Source: Yuukianura sp. NJ FZ-2021 (taxonomy: Eukaryota). From it: a DNA stretch of 64,000 nt. Where the stretch lies: assembly GCA_046563655.1 (NCBI GenBank), contig CM102284.1:9052001-9116000 (forward strand). Reading direction: 5' to 3'. The notes beneath the pieces are model-generated. The model saw nothing but the letters and a program-made list of their open reading frames with translations. It was not told the origin of the DNA and did no database searches. The translations under genes were made by a program, and so were the position numbers. Positions 27,081 through 41,892 of the stretch are shown piece by piece; the first letter of the stretch is position 1, and every line of letters begins with the position of its first letter.

Positions 27081-30000
27081 ATGACAATGGACAGTTCAGA
27101 TGGAATTCGGAGCGTCGTACTGCGACGATCGAGTGATAGTGGACTTGGATTTTCTATTATGGGAGGAGCTGGCTATGAATTTCCGCCGGTAATTTATGGA
27201 ATTGAAAAGGATTCTCCTGCTGCTCGATCCGGTTTGGTAAGAAACTTTGCAATTAGCCCGATTAACACCACAAGTTTTTTGGAGGGAAGAAGATTAAAGT
27301 GTTTTGAAGAAAAAAAACAAGAGTTTGGGGATTTGAACTTGTAACTTTTTTTTAGCCAAAAAAATTGGCCCAGTACTCACGTCCTCTCATTAATTTCCTA
27401 AAACATGAATTTACTACCCTCCACTTCCGACACGGAGAGTAACATTATAAAGAAAATCTCACACAACATGAAACATTTCTCAGGGCGAAAGAAATATTGG
27501 GCAGTTTGTACTGCCAGTATAAGGAGTTTATACTGCCAGTATGCCAGTATATACTGCCAGTATAACAAACACTTTGCTAAAAAGGATTTGTTCTCTTTTG
27601 CAGTTGGAGGCGGGAGATATCATTTTGGCAATAAATGAACGAGAAGTTGTTCGTCTAAGTACAAAAGAAGTACTCAAGTGTCTGAGGCTCAGTGGAGACA
27701 TTGTCAACATCAAGTACAAGCGAGGTGAGAAAATTTCATAAAAATTATGAAAAACAAGTTTTTTTTAGTTTTTCGAAAATAATGAGTGAGGTAATCAAGT
27801 TTTAGTTTTGCAGACAGCTTGACTTTTTACAAAAAGTGTTTTGTTACTTGGGCTGTTTGGGGCCGCACTCGGAAGTATTCTGAGAAACTTTGCACAAAAA
27901 ATTCACAATAGGTGTAAAAATTAATATTAATTTCTTTCTGTTGTTTCTGTTTTTTTAGATCCTCACGTTGTGAATCGTGTCCGTGAATTTTTGGCAGCCC
28001 CACCTACTTTCCTGGAAGGTGGAATTGAAACGCAGTGCTTCTACACAACAGCTACAACCCAAGTCACCATTACTCCAGCATCTCCAGTTCATAAAGGAAA
28101 TGGAAACAAGTCAAAGTTACGCCAACCGACTCCAGTCAACACGTCGCCAGCATCAGCGTCACCAAATCGCTGCTCGGCAGTAGTTCCCTCATCGGCCTCT
28201 CCTCCTGCAAAGAAAAAGTCTCCGCCGAAAATAGACCGTGGAGATGAAATTGACTCTTCCAGAGTAGCTGGATCCAATAATCATAGTGTTACACTGTCAG
28301 ATGACATTTTTACTGTTAACAACGTCCATGTGAACAGTACTCCAGTGCCCGTAGCAGCTACAAAGTCTCTGATTCCTGTTAGATCTCCACCACATTCTAC
28401 GAATGGTGAAAAGAACAATGGAAACAACAACGGAGGGAGTAACTACTGCAAAGCACTGAGGAACAATGCTATTGGTGGAGTAGCTCCGTCAACAACTCCG
28501 TTTGGCCAATCACAAAACACAAGCACTCCAGGGAGTAGAAAAAATTACGAAACTTTTGTTATGACTGGTGAAGCAATACTCAATGTCTCCAAATTACGAA
28601 ACGAGGATTCAATTTGGTATGTTTTTGAACCAAAAAATTCAAAATTTTATTCAAAATTTTACTTTTGTGGAAGTTTTTTAAAGAATTTTTAGATCTCACT
28701 CCCGACTTGACTTTTTGTGCCAAGAGCAGTTTTTGTGTGAATAGGTAGAAAACATTTTATAATGGGAGCGTTGACCTCGTTTTGAAACAATTTAAAATCG
28801 CGGGAACTTGCGTGCTGTTCTTAATTTTGAAAAATTCTACAGTTTGGGCTCAATTGGCTTAATTGATTGACCTTTAGAAAGAAGTTGCAAAAAAAATAGT
28901 TGCAGAAACACCATTGTAACTTGGGGTTTAAATCTGGATTTTTGTGGATTCGGATTCTTCCAAAGCCGGATTTAAAAAAAAAAGGCATTCCTGAAGTCCG
29001 TTATGAATTTTTTTTTGGTAATTGCAGCATAAAACCAACGTTGTTCATAGTTTCGCAGAAGCAAAAAGAACCTGATGGGAAATCCTATGTATTCCGAAAT
29101 CCGGATTTAAATCCGGACTTTTTAATCAAAATCTGTCGAAATCCGGATTTCTAAAAGCAGTGATGGATTTACACCCCTAATTGCACCAAATCTGCAAATC
29201 TGTGCCAATTCTCTGCGAAGTTTCAAGTGCGTTTTTGCCAAAAATTCGACAGTTTTGCAAATCCATAAATCCTTTGCCGACCACTTGACTTTGTTCTGAC
29301 AGCCGGAAGAGCTTCCACTGTTTTCTGTTTTCATAGATTCTGGCTATAATTAGATCAATCTATTTTTAGTTTTTTTAAAAAGTTGTTTTAATTTTGTGAA
29401 ATACTAAACTCATGGCCTTGTTTTTTTATTTCAGTTCGGCTAAGACTACGATCAAACTGACTCCACTGGCTCATGGCGGCCCAGCTCCACCGCACCAAAT
29501 CTACTCATCACCCCGTTCTTCTAGTACTGCCAAGACTGCCTCACCTCCTCCTCCGCCAGCATCAGCATCAGCATCCTCTGGAGGACCAATAGCAGTGCAG
29601 GACAGTTCTGAGAGTTCTGACATCAGTCCCCCTCTGCCCCCTCCTCCGTCGTCAGACTCCACTTCCTCCTCAACTAGTGATTCAATTACGCACATAACCG
29701 TAAAAAGTGATAACCTACCTCCACCTCCACCTTCGTTGATGATGGAAGAGGAGGCTACTGCTCAAAGTCAGAGCAATGGATTCGCCATTGCCGAAGAGTC
29801 AGCAGGAGTAGTCAAAGGAAGTAATGAGTCAAATGCAAACAGGACTTATGGTGGCCTAGGGAATACGAGAAGTGATGAACAGAAGCTGCTCGCGACAAAG
29901 ATCCAGCCACTGCCAGCATCCCACAACAATGAGGACACTTCCATTTCATCTTCCGTCATGAGTGACAGTGGAGACGAAGCGGACGAACCAGAGATTCACT

Positions 30001-32934
30001 TTGACTCGGACAAAAGCGGAACCAAGCAGAGTCAGGAACTCAAAAGACGCAATTTGTCCAGCAACAAGTTCTCGATGGAGTCAGAAGTCAGTGACGATGG
30101 AGACCAGCATCAACCAATCAGGAAAGAGAAAGAACGGTATGTCGAATTGAGCAAAGTAAAGTAGTATAGTAACTACCAACTATAAGTTGGCCAATAGTGT
30201 TTAGCTGACGTATGTTGAGCGGATTTACATGTTGACCTAGGTCAATTTATACTTTGGTTAACTTTGTCCAAGAATTCAGTTTTCATCAGGGTTGGTGTTT
30301 TTTTTTATTCTTTTTGTCAAAATCAAAAATAATGATTTTTTGATTTAATCAAGATCGTTTTGATTTAAATCAAGTATCAAATTTTAGGTCCAGATTTTAG
30401 CTCCAGACCGAGAAAACTGAAAATTAATTTCAATTTTGTTAGTAGCCACCTATTCCTAGACGACACATCATGAGTTTACTGCAGTGTTATTTTGCCAAAA
30501 ATTTCAAAATTCAATGTTTTAGAAAATTAAGAACGGTAAAGTGGCGAGTGTTAACGAAAAATTGTAAGATTTAGGCGAAATTTTGCTCAAAATAGGCAGA
30601 TGGTTCGTTTTGTATATTTGATTTAATCAATGATTTAATTCATTTAATCGTTGATTAAATCAATGATTTAAATCAACTTGCTCTAAATCAAAGTAACCCT
30701 GGTTTTCGTTACCATTGGCGTTTCGTAATTTCCAAGGGAAGTTTGTTGTTAAAAACCGCACTAATTATTGCATGTGGTTTTTACTTTTTCTCTTAGAAGC
30801 AAAATCAACGTTGACAAAGTGACAAAAAAGTTAGAATTTTGATTCAGTTTGGTTTTTGTGTTGCAGGTACAACGAGTATGTGTTGATCAATGGGAGTCGG
30901 AACGTGAGTCATGAAGACGAAGAAGATCCGGACATAAAACCTAAAGTTCCGGAAGCACTAGGCTATGAGAAAATGTCCACTTCGCATGACTCAGACGAAG
31001 AGTGTGAACCTGCTGGAAGTGATGGCGAAGAGTCCACTCCGCCTGGAAAGAGACTAACTAAACTAGTGTCTGGAGACAGCAGTTGTTCTGGAGGGGACTC
31101 TGATGGATCTGATGTGGAGTCCATGAGAGTAGCAGTCGTCAAGGCAGTTGACCTACCATCGGCAGAACGATTAGCCAAAAGACTCTATACGCTGGATGGA
31201 TTCAAAGTTCTGGATGTGTGGAGACAGTTGAGCAAAGCCAACGACTTTAGTCGGGAAGTTGCAACTTGTTTTCTACGATACTTTAACTTTAAAGATCAAA
31301 CTCTGGATGCGTCACTCCGAAAGTTTCTGGCGGTGTGCCCTTTGCGTGGTAAGATTGCGAAAGAATTCAAAATTTCAGAAGTTTCAAAATTATGAAAATT
31401 GTAAACAGTTTAAAATTTCAGACATGCAACTTTTTTTTTGATTTCAGGTGAAACGCAAGAGAGAGAGCGGGTATTGACTTATTTCTCAACACGCTACGTC
31501 GAGTGCAATCCAAACTTTGCTTCACAAGATGCTGTTCATACTCTGGCGTGTGCTTTGATGCTGCTCAATACTGACATGTACTCGGGGCTAAGAGGAGAAA
31601 GGAAAATGACTTGCAAAGATTTTATACAAAACTTGGTTGGACTCAATGATGGACTCAATTTTCCAGAACCTGTTCTCAAAAAATTGTATCATTCGATCAA
31701 AGGGAAACCGCTGCCGAGTCCACAGTAAGAATATTTTTTGAAAAAAAAAAGTTTTTGAAAATCGATTTTTGAAAAATGGAATTTGACTTTTTTGAAACAG
31801 GGAAATCGAAGAGGAAGAAGCGGCCAAGGATCCTGTGCCAATGGACCCCTCAATCACAATGAATCCAAAGGAATTTAAGCGCGGATACCTTCGACGAAAA
31901 TCAATTTTCGAACAAGGCGGGAAAAAGAGTAAGTTTTGCAGCTCTTTTGATGTGGATAATCGATATAAGTTAGGATAAGATTCAGTCGATATCGCAGGAT
32001 TTAGGATAAGATTGATAGTTTTTTGGTCGAAACCGAGTTGATTTGTGATCCTGATGTCCGTTCTGTTTCAATTTACAGCTCCCCTTGGGAAGAGATCGTG
32101 GAAATTGTATTTTTGTCGTCTGCGTGAACTTTTGCTGAGTATGGCTCCAGATGAGAACTCGAAAGCTTCAGTGGTGCAAGGGATTCCGCCTTTGAAACTG
32201 CATCATGCCTTTGCTTCTATTGCGACTGACTACCGCAAACGCCCCTTCGTCTTCTCTCTAATCCTGGCAGACAAGTCCCAGTTCCTGTTCCAGTCATCTG
32301 ACCTCAGAGAAATGCACAGTTGGATTGACAATCTCAATCTCAATGCTGCCAAGTTTTCGTCTCCAGCACTCGACGCTCCGTGCGGCTCTTCTAAAAAGTT
32401 TGAGAAGCCTTTACTCCCGTCAGCAATATCCGGGCTTTCCTCCAGGGATCAACTAATTTCTAATCAAGGTGCGCTCACCAAGTGGGAAGACGAACTGGAA
32501 GAACTCGTAAGTCTCATTTCAAAAAAGAATCAAAATTTCAAAAAACAAGTCAAAATGAAAGTTTCAATCAAAGATTTCCCGGAGTACGGGCGGTGCTCTG
32601 CAAAAAAAGTCGCTAATTCATGCCATGTTTGCAAAAAGGAAGCGAAAAAGCGGTGTTGGGATTGATGTGGTTTTAATTTGGTTTGCTTTGTGTTTTGCAG
32701 AATCAAGTTGCTTCGACGAAGCGCGGAAGTTCGAGTAAGCGAGAATTTAAAGAGCGTAGTGAATTTTACAAAAGTGAGATCCAGCGATACCATGCCTACA
32801 CAGACGTACTACAACGACACCTAAGTGATTTAAATGGTTCTGGTCTGGGATCAAGTGGAGACGAGTTAGTGGAACTCCAAGTTCTGCCCAATCCACCCTC
32901 AGTTTTGATCGAACTCGATGAAAATGGATCCTGA
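27081..32934 (+). CDS. PSD: PH and SEC7 domain protein (Efa6, Arf6 GEF) with N-terminal PDZ and MTED motif
   Basis: PDZ (GLGFSIMGG...[19 protein letters not shown]); Sec7 ([41 protein letters not shown]); PH ([38 protein letters not shown]); C-terminal coiled coil. Confidence 0.93.
30287..30701. mobile_element. hAT-like MITE in a PSD intron
   Basis: Termini CAGGGTT...AACCCTG; 8-bp flanks GTTTTCAT (30279-30286) and GTTTTCGT (30702-30709); subterminal GATTTAAATC/GATTTAATC repeats at both ends. Confidence 0.75.
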
Positions 32935-34778
32935 ATTAATCGATTAACCTTAAACTGCACCAAACTCATTCACGAATCCAAGGTTTTTCAACTCTAACTA
33001 CTACTTTGGTATTTAACTGTTCAGTGTTATTCCATTTGCCAACTTAACTAAAAGTTTAGGAACTTTTGAGAGTTAGATTCGACAAAACAGGATCTTCATC
33101 ATCATCAGTTTTTTAATTAACTTAAAAGTTAATTACGATTAGTTAAGTCAAAGAGAGTCTATTCAAAAGAAGTCTGAGAGTGTCAACTGAAATTAAGTTA
33201 ACTACGAGCAACAAGTAGCCAAATTCAGAGAATCTCTAGAAACTTAATTAAGCTGAGTGAGAGGCAGGTTAAGGTGGGGTGTTAATTATTAATTGTGCTA
33301 ATTATTTAATTAACAGTTAAAGTTAAAAACTCAATTAGACAAGGTTTGTGCAGCCAAAGAACAATAGGGAAGTTGTGTTTAGGTGTTTTTGTTAATTTTT
33401 GAAAAAATCATTTTGAAAAAATATGTAAGGTGAACAACGACGTTAAACTGGAGTTTGAGGATTCCGTTTTTGATGAAAGTTAACTTTAATAACTTAATTA
33501 GTTAAGTGTTAATTAACTTTATTGTTAAGATTCGAGTGTTAATTAGTTGTTAGTTTAGGTACTAATCTGAAGAACAATGAAACTTTAACACAAACATTTT
33601 ATAGCCAATTTAGCACATTTTTGGGAACTTCAAAATGGTTGTGCACTGAAAATTTTTTGGATGCTACTGATTTTTTTTCTCTTTTTCATTTTTGTATTTG
33701 TAAGCTTCGTTTTTTCTTTTTGAAAAACCTGAAATTTTTGTTGGTATTTATCATTTTTGTTGGTAGTTTTTCAATTAATTAATCAATCAAATTATTTTGT
33801 GCTTTACTAATTAAAAAACGCTGGCTTTTGAATGGAACGATGAGCGTGTTTTTTGAGTAAATGCTCAAAATTTGAGTAAAATTTTGAGTATTTTTTTGTG
33901 AGTCTTTTGGGTAATTTAGTTGCAAAAAAAATCTTAACATGTGCTAATTGACTTCTTGTTTGCTGATTGAACAAAATGGCAGCTACTATTGCGATACGCG
34001 CTAAATGCGGAAACTGTAATTAGAAACAATGTGACAAACGAAGAACTGGAAATAAAGAGGTGGAAAAAGTTAATTAAATTGGCAGTTAACTTAATTTATT
34101 TAACTAATTATTGCACTTTGCAGGAAAATACAATTTTATTTTTTTACAACTCTGAATTTTTAAGTAAACCCAGTTTACAAAGTGTTATCACGCCATAACT
34201 GTTTTTTTAGTTGTACTTCCAGCATTTCCGACACTTAATCTCCATTAATTCATTACTTAAAAGCTCATTACCTAAATCCTTAACTTTTGTTTCATAGTTC
34301 AACTAATTAAGTGCAAACCAAACGACATGGAATGAAGCACATAACGCCTTCAACTTTGTTCCGCAAAATATCGTCACAAACACACAACAGAAAGGAATTG
34401 TGTCCAAACAAGTCAATTGTCAATGCAAATGAAAAGGAAATTAGCTAAGTGAAGGAATTAATTGATGAATGTCACTGCAAAGCAAAAGAAAACCGGACTT
34501 AATTAGTACTTAACGTTATCATATTAATTTATTTCTTTCATATTGGAATTGTAGTTGAGTTTTAGCAGTTTTCCTTTGCGATTCGTCCTTTTCCTCTTAA
34601 CGTTTTCTCCAGTTTACGTAGATATAAAAACAGTTGAAATGAATCTCGACGAACAAGTGAAGTATAATAGAAGTGTTGATTTTGAGTGGGTCATGTTAAT
34701 TGATGCTTGCTGGTCTCTGACACATTCATATACGAGTTGTTTTGGTGATAATTTTGATGATGATGGAAGGAGTAGAGT

Positions 34779-35245
<467 letters not shown>

Positions 35246-36002
35246 GATGAACTGGGAAACCGACGAACAGAAAAGACTACTTAGAAATTCACTAATCAAT
35301 CGGAACCAAATCCCCAAATTACTTGACGTCCTAAGCAATCAAGGGCGAGAGTGAAAGTGTCAAGAAGAGGAATGAGACACAATTCAAAATGAGAAAAAGT
35401 GAATAGAGGATACGAAGGGGGCGACTATAAAAGACTATACTAGAGTGTTGGAGAAGGGGATTATTTGCGTTGTACAATTTTTTGGTAACGTGGCAGGTGA
35501 ACTTTGCCAACCAACACAAATCTGAACCAAATTCAAAGTCAAGATCCGCATGGATCTATCGTGGTTGAAGCTTGTATGAAATCAAAAAAGGAAGCAAAAT
35601 GAATTAAAATATATTATTTTATACTCATATAATTTAATATTTTAAAGCATAATATAGAAAAGAGAAACAAAGAACAAGAAAAATGATGGAAAGTGGAACC
35701 TTTTTGCTTCGTATAATGGTTTTTTGTTATTGTGCTTTCAAAATTCAAATTCAAATTCCTCCACCGTTTTTTTACCGCCAATTTTTGTGACCGTAATGTT
35801 AGTGCGTGGCGCCAATTTGGCTACAACACATGGTGCGTAAATTCCTTTGTCTTTGTTTTTGCCTTTGTCTGTACAATTTTTTCCAGGGTTTTTAAAAATT
35901 TAACTTTTCGTCCAGTGTTTAGACCTCTTCTGGTCGTTTTGTTTTAAAAATTAATCGTTCATTTTAGAAAATTGTTGCCGTTTTTCACAGAAAACGACGA
36001 GC

Positions 36003-39000
36003 ATGCCCTACTGTTGGACCTCAGACACTGGGAACATGGTATATCCAAACTCAACGGACAAAGAAGACATTTTGGCTCAAATGGATGGACTCTACGTTTC
36101 GTCTACGCGTACTCGTACGACTACTGGTGGCAGCGATTACTCATCGTCGTCAATGTCACACTGCGAGGAGGAACATGAGCAGTGGTGGGACATTATTCGG
36201 CAGTACACCGAAAACATGGTGGGAGAGGGACAGAAAACGTCGGAAAAAGAATGGAGTTCAAGTCCAGCTACAGCATCAGCGTCGGAAGCGGATCCACTAC
36301 TGGAAGAACTGCTTATGCATATTCCCCGTCCATGCTATTTGAACCTGGATTTGGTAATGGGAGTTTATCGCTACATGTTTCCGTAAATGTCTTTGGTTAA
36401 GACTTTTAGTGACATGGACACCCACACCGGTCACGTATTAGTAAGGGTGAGGGATTGGACTGGACAGGACACAAAACATAGGATGGATTCACTGGCGTTG
36501 ACTCATGCCCAGCGTAAATTTGCGTAAAGGATAACGTCCAATTCCAAAACTAAATTGGGTTGAGGTGATGGGATTTTCATTTTTGCAATTAGTCGATGGG
36601 GGAAGTAGGAAACAAAGGTAAAAAGCACAGCAAATAAGTTGGTAACGGACGCGGAGATTCCAGTGAAGGCTGGACTGGGTGACTGGGACACCGATGCATA
36701 TGAATTATGAAATTCAACGGCTAATTCTAGTACAACTTCTGATTAGTTACAGTGTCCTGTTTGGTCCATCCGTGGGGGATTCACTGTTGAACAATGGCTT
36801 GTGATGCTTGGGGACATACTACAAGGGAGGATGAGATAACGATAAAAATGTCAGATTGTTAATTTGCAAACCGGCCAACTCAACAGATTCAAACTATCAG
36901 CTTCCTTCCTTTGCTGGACTTTTATTTCTGATTTTTAGTTGATTTTTTGACCCCGTAGTAGTAACACTGATTTCTTAATTCTCGGGGGTTTTATTGTAGT
37001 TTTGTTTTAAAATCAAATTGATTTTAGAAGCTTTTTATCCTTTAGATCAGAAAATCAGTAACTTTTAGTATTTTAATGTCGAGTTGTGTTGTCCGTCAAA
37101 ATTGGTTTTAAGTTCCCGTGATTTTTAGTTTTTAGATTTTGTTGGTTTATGGTACGTGCATTCATAATCTGTAAAGTTTAAATTTTTATCTAATTTGTGT
37201 CATTTTTTGATGTTACAGTCTCCAGGAGCCAAAACTACAGCACGGGAAGCCACCTATTTGGAATTCAACGTAGACTACATGAGAATGTCACAACGATTGC
37301 TCGAATTGACGAAACGGACGGGCATGCCGATAACTCAAGAAAATGGCCAAAGACGTTACGGTCCCCGGGAGAATTACAACGGACCTCCAGTTGAGAGAGG
37401 TAAAAGTCAAAAATCAAAATAACCTTTTGACTTTTCCGATTTATGAAATTTTTGAATTTTTTGACATTTAGGATCTGAAGTCTTTGTTGGGAAATTGCCT
37501 CGGGACTTGTATGAAGACGAACTTGTTCCAGTATTTGAAACGGCTGGAGAGATTTATGAAGTTCGACTCATGATGGACTTCAGCGGAACAAACAGAGGCT
37601 ACTGTTTCGTTCATTATTTCACTGCAGAAGCTGCTGCCAACGCTATCAAAAAGCTCAATGACTACGAAATTCGTCCAGGTAAGATTCTGCAACAAAAAAA
37701 AAATCACTAAATCTTTCAGAATTTAATGAATTTTGCTTGTGATTTGTCACAGGTCGCTTCTTGGGCGTCGTCAAGTCAGTTGACAATTGTCGTCTTTTCA
37801 TTGGTGGAATTCCAAGGGACAAAACTAAGCAAGAAATTCTCGTTGAGATCCAGAAAATTGCTGAAGGCGTTGTTCGTGTCATTGCCAATCCATCTCCTGT
37901 GGATCGTTCAAAGAACCGTGGCTATGCCTTCATTGAATTCGACAGTCATCGGTTAGAACAAAATTTCAGAGAAAAAAAAATTCAACTTTCTGAAAACTAA
38001 AGTTTTTTCTTATGCTAAACTTTGCTTTTTATTTAGGTCTGCTGCCATGGCTCGTCGGAAGCTTATTCCTGGAAAGATTCAAATGTGGGGAGTGACAGTG
38101 GCTGTGGATTGGGCTGAACCAGAACCCGATGTAGACGCTTCTATTATGTCTAAGGCACTAACTCCCATGCAGCATAAGTTTGCGCATGATTTCATCTTTT
38201 CAATTAACATTTTCTTTACTTTTAGTACAATTTGCATTATCAATTACTATATTCCTGTCTGTCCTGTCCTTCAAACTGTCTTTTGCTTCCACGCTTTTGC
38301 AAATCAAACTATTTGGAATGTTTGCATCTTCTTATTGTTGAATGCCCCGCTGCCCGCTGCCGTGCTGAGTTGCTTTGAATGGAGTATTCAAATCTGAGCT
38401 TCGTTGGCTAACGTTTGTTTTTACTGTCTGTAGGTCATGAACTTGTACGTGCGGAATGTATCCATGAGCACCACAGAAGACGATCTTCGAGAACTGTTCA
38501 ATGCTAATTCAAGAAATGGGGTTGACAAGGTCAAGAAAATCAAGGACTACGCTTTCATTCACTTCCTTTCCAGACCTCAAGCCGAGGAAGCGCTGAATGC
38601 CTTGGACGAAACCGAACTGGACGGGGCTACGCTGGAAATTACATGGGCCAAGCCTGTCAACAAAGTTGCATACAAGGCCAAAAAGGCTTATGCCAAACAG
38701 CTCTACTCTCCCCGCCACGGTCCAAATCACGGAAAAGGTAAAACAGTAACTTTGAATTTTAAAAATTCAACATTTATTGAAAAAGAACCTAAACATGAGT
38801 TTTTGAATTCGTATTTTAGGAAATTACGAAGGGCATAATTCAGACAGGATTTTTGGGCAATACAATTCACTAAGCTGCACGAACAATCAACAAATCGTTT
38901 ATCATCAAATGACGCCACAACCGTATCACAATGGCATTGCGGATTACTCTCCTTTTCAATACCAAAATGGATCTCTTCTGCATCATGACGTTGCACACAG

Positions 39001-39375
39001 TGGTCGCACTGGACACGTCACCCAAGCTCACTCTGCTTATGGAAACTTCTACCATTCTGGACAATTTCTGCACTCTTCCGTTTCACATTCCAAAACTGCA
39101 CTCTGTAAGGAACCAATCACAGCAGGAAACTTTTAGAACCAAAAATTTAAATGTTAGAACCAAAAATTTAAATGTTTGGACTAAAGTTTTTGGTTTGTTA
39201 AATTTCAGTTGCACAAGAACATGAGACAGACAGTGTCTATGGATCTTACAGTTCCGGAGGTCATCCAGGCATGTACATTCCCATTCCTGCTGGACACTCT
39301 GCATATCGTAACGGACCGATCTTAACTCCAATGACTCCGTACATCACAACACAACTTGGCATCCCCTACATCTAA
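36003..39375 (+). CDS. Three-RRM protein of the RBM46/RBM47/A1CF family; first exon 36003-36353 is tentative
   Basis: [114 protein letters not shown]. The upstream exon splices in phase 0 to 37219. Confidence 0.88.
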
Positions 39376-39873
39376 AATCACCTTGTTTTTAATATTTAAC
39401 TTCTTCCGAAGCCAATTTATTTGACCTCCGTTTCATGTGTTGAGTTTTTGATATTTTTTAGACTCACGCAAGAGAGGAGGGAGTAACTATTTTTCCCCCA
39501 GAGTTTATTTGGCAGCATGTTTATTATTTCAGCATGCTGTCCAAGTACCACCACCACCTGTGACCCCAGGTTCATCAGCATTCATTTAGAAATTTTAGAA
39601 TTTAGCTCAATTTGGCACTTTTTGTTTTGTTTTTTTGGTAAATTGCTGTTTTCGTTGTTTTCTGTTTCTGAGGACTAGCTATGTTACAGTTTAAACTTTG
39701 TAGAATTTAGCAATAGTCTGCTGTTCTGTCTTTTCACGGTAGAAAAAGAGATTGGCATTAAAGGTTTGGTGGTACTCTAAATTTTTGAAAGTTTAATTCC
39801 TTCGTAAAAGTTGAAAACTTTAGTTAATTTCTGAAAGTTCAAAAAGTTAATTTACGTTGCGTTTACGTGATTA

Positions 39874-41511
39874 CTAATCCTTCAGGGAAATTTTTGCAGA
39901 GGGTTTGTAGAAACCGTCGGTCCCTTTTGAATGGCGAGTGGAAATGTGGAGCTCCTTGATTTCAACAAATCCGAAATCGTAGTCACCATATTTCTAAAAA
40001 CGCAATTCAAGAAAGAAGTTTTTCTAAAAAAGTGTCTTCTAATCTAAAACTTCTTTCCTAACCTCCAGAAGTTGCTTTGCATTGAACGAGTCTTGGCCGC
40101 GGTTTCCATTTCCACCATCACTTCTCTCCCTTTCTTCATATCTATACCGAGTATTCATTAGCGTCGCATGGAGTTTTACAGAGGTTGACCTTGAGCGTTG
40201 CCCGTAACCTTAAAAACACAAAGCAGTTACTTCAAAACGCAGGGAAATCATGAGCTTCGGACTCCAAAGACGAATGTCCGGTTTTTACCGGTTTTGAGGA
40301 AATTTTGATACACTAAGTCCGCCAAGGTTTGTACTGTGGAGTCATTGTCAGCGAAGACAGCCTTTGCAAACAAAATGTTCACTTGCGTCGGATCGTCGTT
40401 CATAATTTCCAGGCCTTGAAGACGAATACGAAGATTTCCGTTTGCAGCAATCTTTCTGTACAAAGAACAACAACATGCTTGGTCAATTGATCAAATATTG
40501 GTCGAATAATGGAATCACTTGATTCCAAAGACTTACATCACTTCTGGCTTCATTTCTTCTAATGCTTCAGCAGCATATTTCCTCTCTGTTTGATCCAATA
40601 AAACTAGAACGCAGAGAGTGAAATGTATTTTGCCAGGGTCTTGAAATATTTTGTCGTCTATTCCCCAATCCTGACCCTTGGAGTCATTTAGAACTTTGTC
40701 CTGGAAGGAACAGCATCAAACTAATTACAGTAGATGTGGAGAATAGAGTGAGGCGTTCCCTTTATCATGCTTACCCTAAATTCTTTAACAGTCTGAACGA
40801 TATTTGGAGAATTGAGGGGAAAGCACAGGAAATGGGTCGCCTCACGGCGAAATCTTCCTTGCGACGCTACGAGTTCAATCCTACGACGTGCTTTTACAAC
40901 ATCTTCCCGTTTGGCTCCTCGAACAGCTAAATCACATACAAAGGGATTTCAAAATACTTGCAACACTGTCAATACTTTAACTTTTTTCACTTACAAACGT
41001 GTCCTCTTTCACCCATTCTTGGAATGAAAATTCTCGTATTCGATTCCATTTCAAGTCGTTTCTTAGCAGCACCTTTTGGACCAATAATGATCCCTAAAAA
41101 CAAAAATTGTGGCATGTCCGTTATTCGCAATACCCAAAACCTTTGTTGTCTTACCATAAAGTGACTCGGGTACATCACACTTGGTCTTGAAGCCTCCATC
41201 GACTTCCTCAATGAAGTAATCAGCGTCATCGTCATCACAGATTCCATCAGGATCACCTGAAAGGCGAAGTGTATCAAATCAGTACGTAATGTCCACAGTA
41301 TTTCGCACAGAATGAAATATAACAATGTCAAATTCTTACATCCTTCCATTTCATCGTACTCTTTGTACGGAGCGGGAGCCACCGATGAACCTCGAATACT
41401 TCCGGAACTGCCAGTACTTGTAACAGAGAATCCATAGTTGTTCCTGGACGGGTTCTTCCGGTAGCACCGGCCTTCCACCCAGTACAGCGTCGGCTTCGCC
41501 ACGTCCTCCAT
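39874..41511 (-). CDS. ASCC1: Activating signal cointegrator 1 complex subunit 1
   Basis: MEDVAKPTLYWVEGRCYRKNP; KH domain IIGPKGAAKKRLEMESNTRIFIP; 2H-phosphoesterase motifs KIHFT and KLHATLMNT; LQGLEIMNDDP; C-terminal DGFY. Confidence 0.9.
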
Positions 41512-41892
41512 TTCGGCCAAATCGTAAGTAAAACGTCAACTAAACGTCACAAAACAACACAAAGTGTACTGTATCAATCGATTAGCACAAACAGGACACA
41601 ACTTACCCAAAATGACCGACACCTTATAAAGATGAAACGATGGAACAAAAAAAAACGAATTAGCGATCTTTCTTGTCCGAAAAACAATGAATGAAAATGA
41701 AACGTCAAAAACAAAACTCTGGAAAAGCAAAAACAGATGAAGCAAAAAATCTTCCCGCCCCAAAGATACAAAAATGAATTCCACAATGCTAGATAGCCTC
41801 TCCAGTTTAATGTTGCTTTGTTTTAATTAATTACTGTTTTGCATTGCATTTAACTATCTAATCCATTTCTCAAAATAAAAATAAGGAACTGT

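Noticed and set aside
27509-27563. Three to four copies of TACTGCCAGTAT
   Set aside because: Short intronic repeat remnant; boundaries and family unsupported.
28925-29152. Cluster of AATCCGGATT-like palindromes in a PSD intron
   Set aside because: Probably a decayed MITE, but I could not define termini or a TSD.
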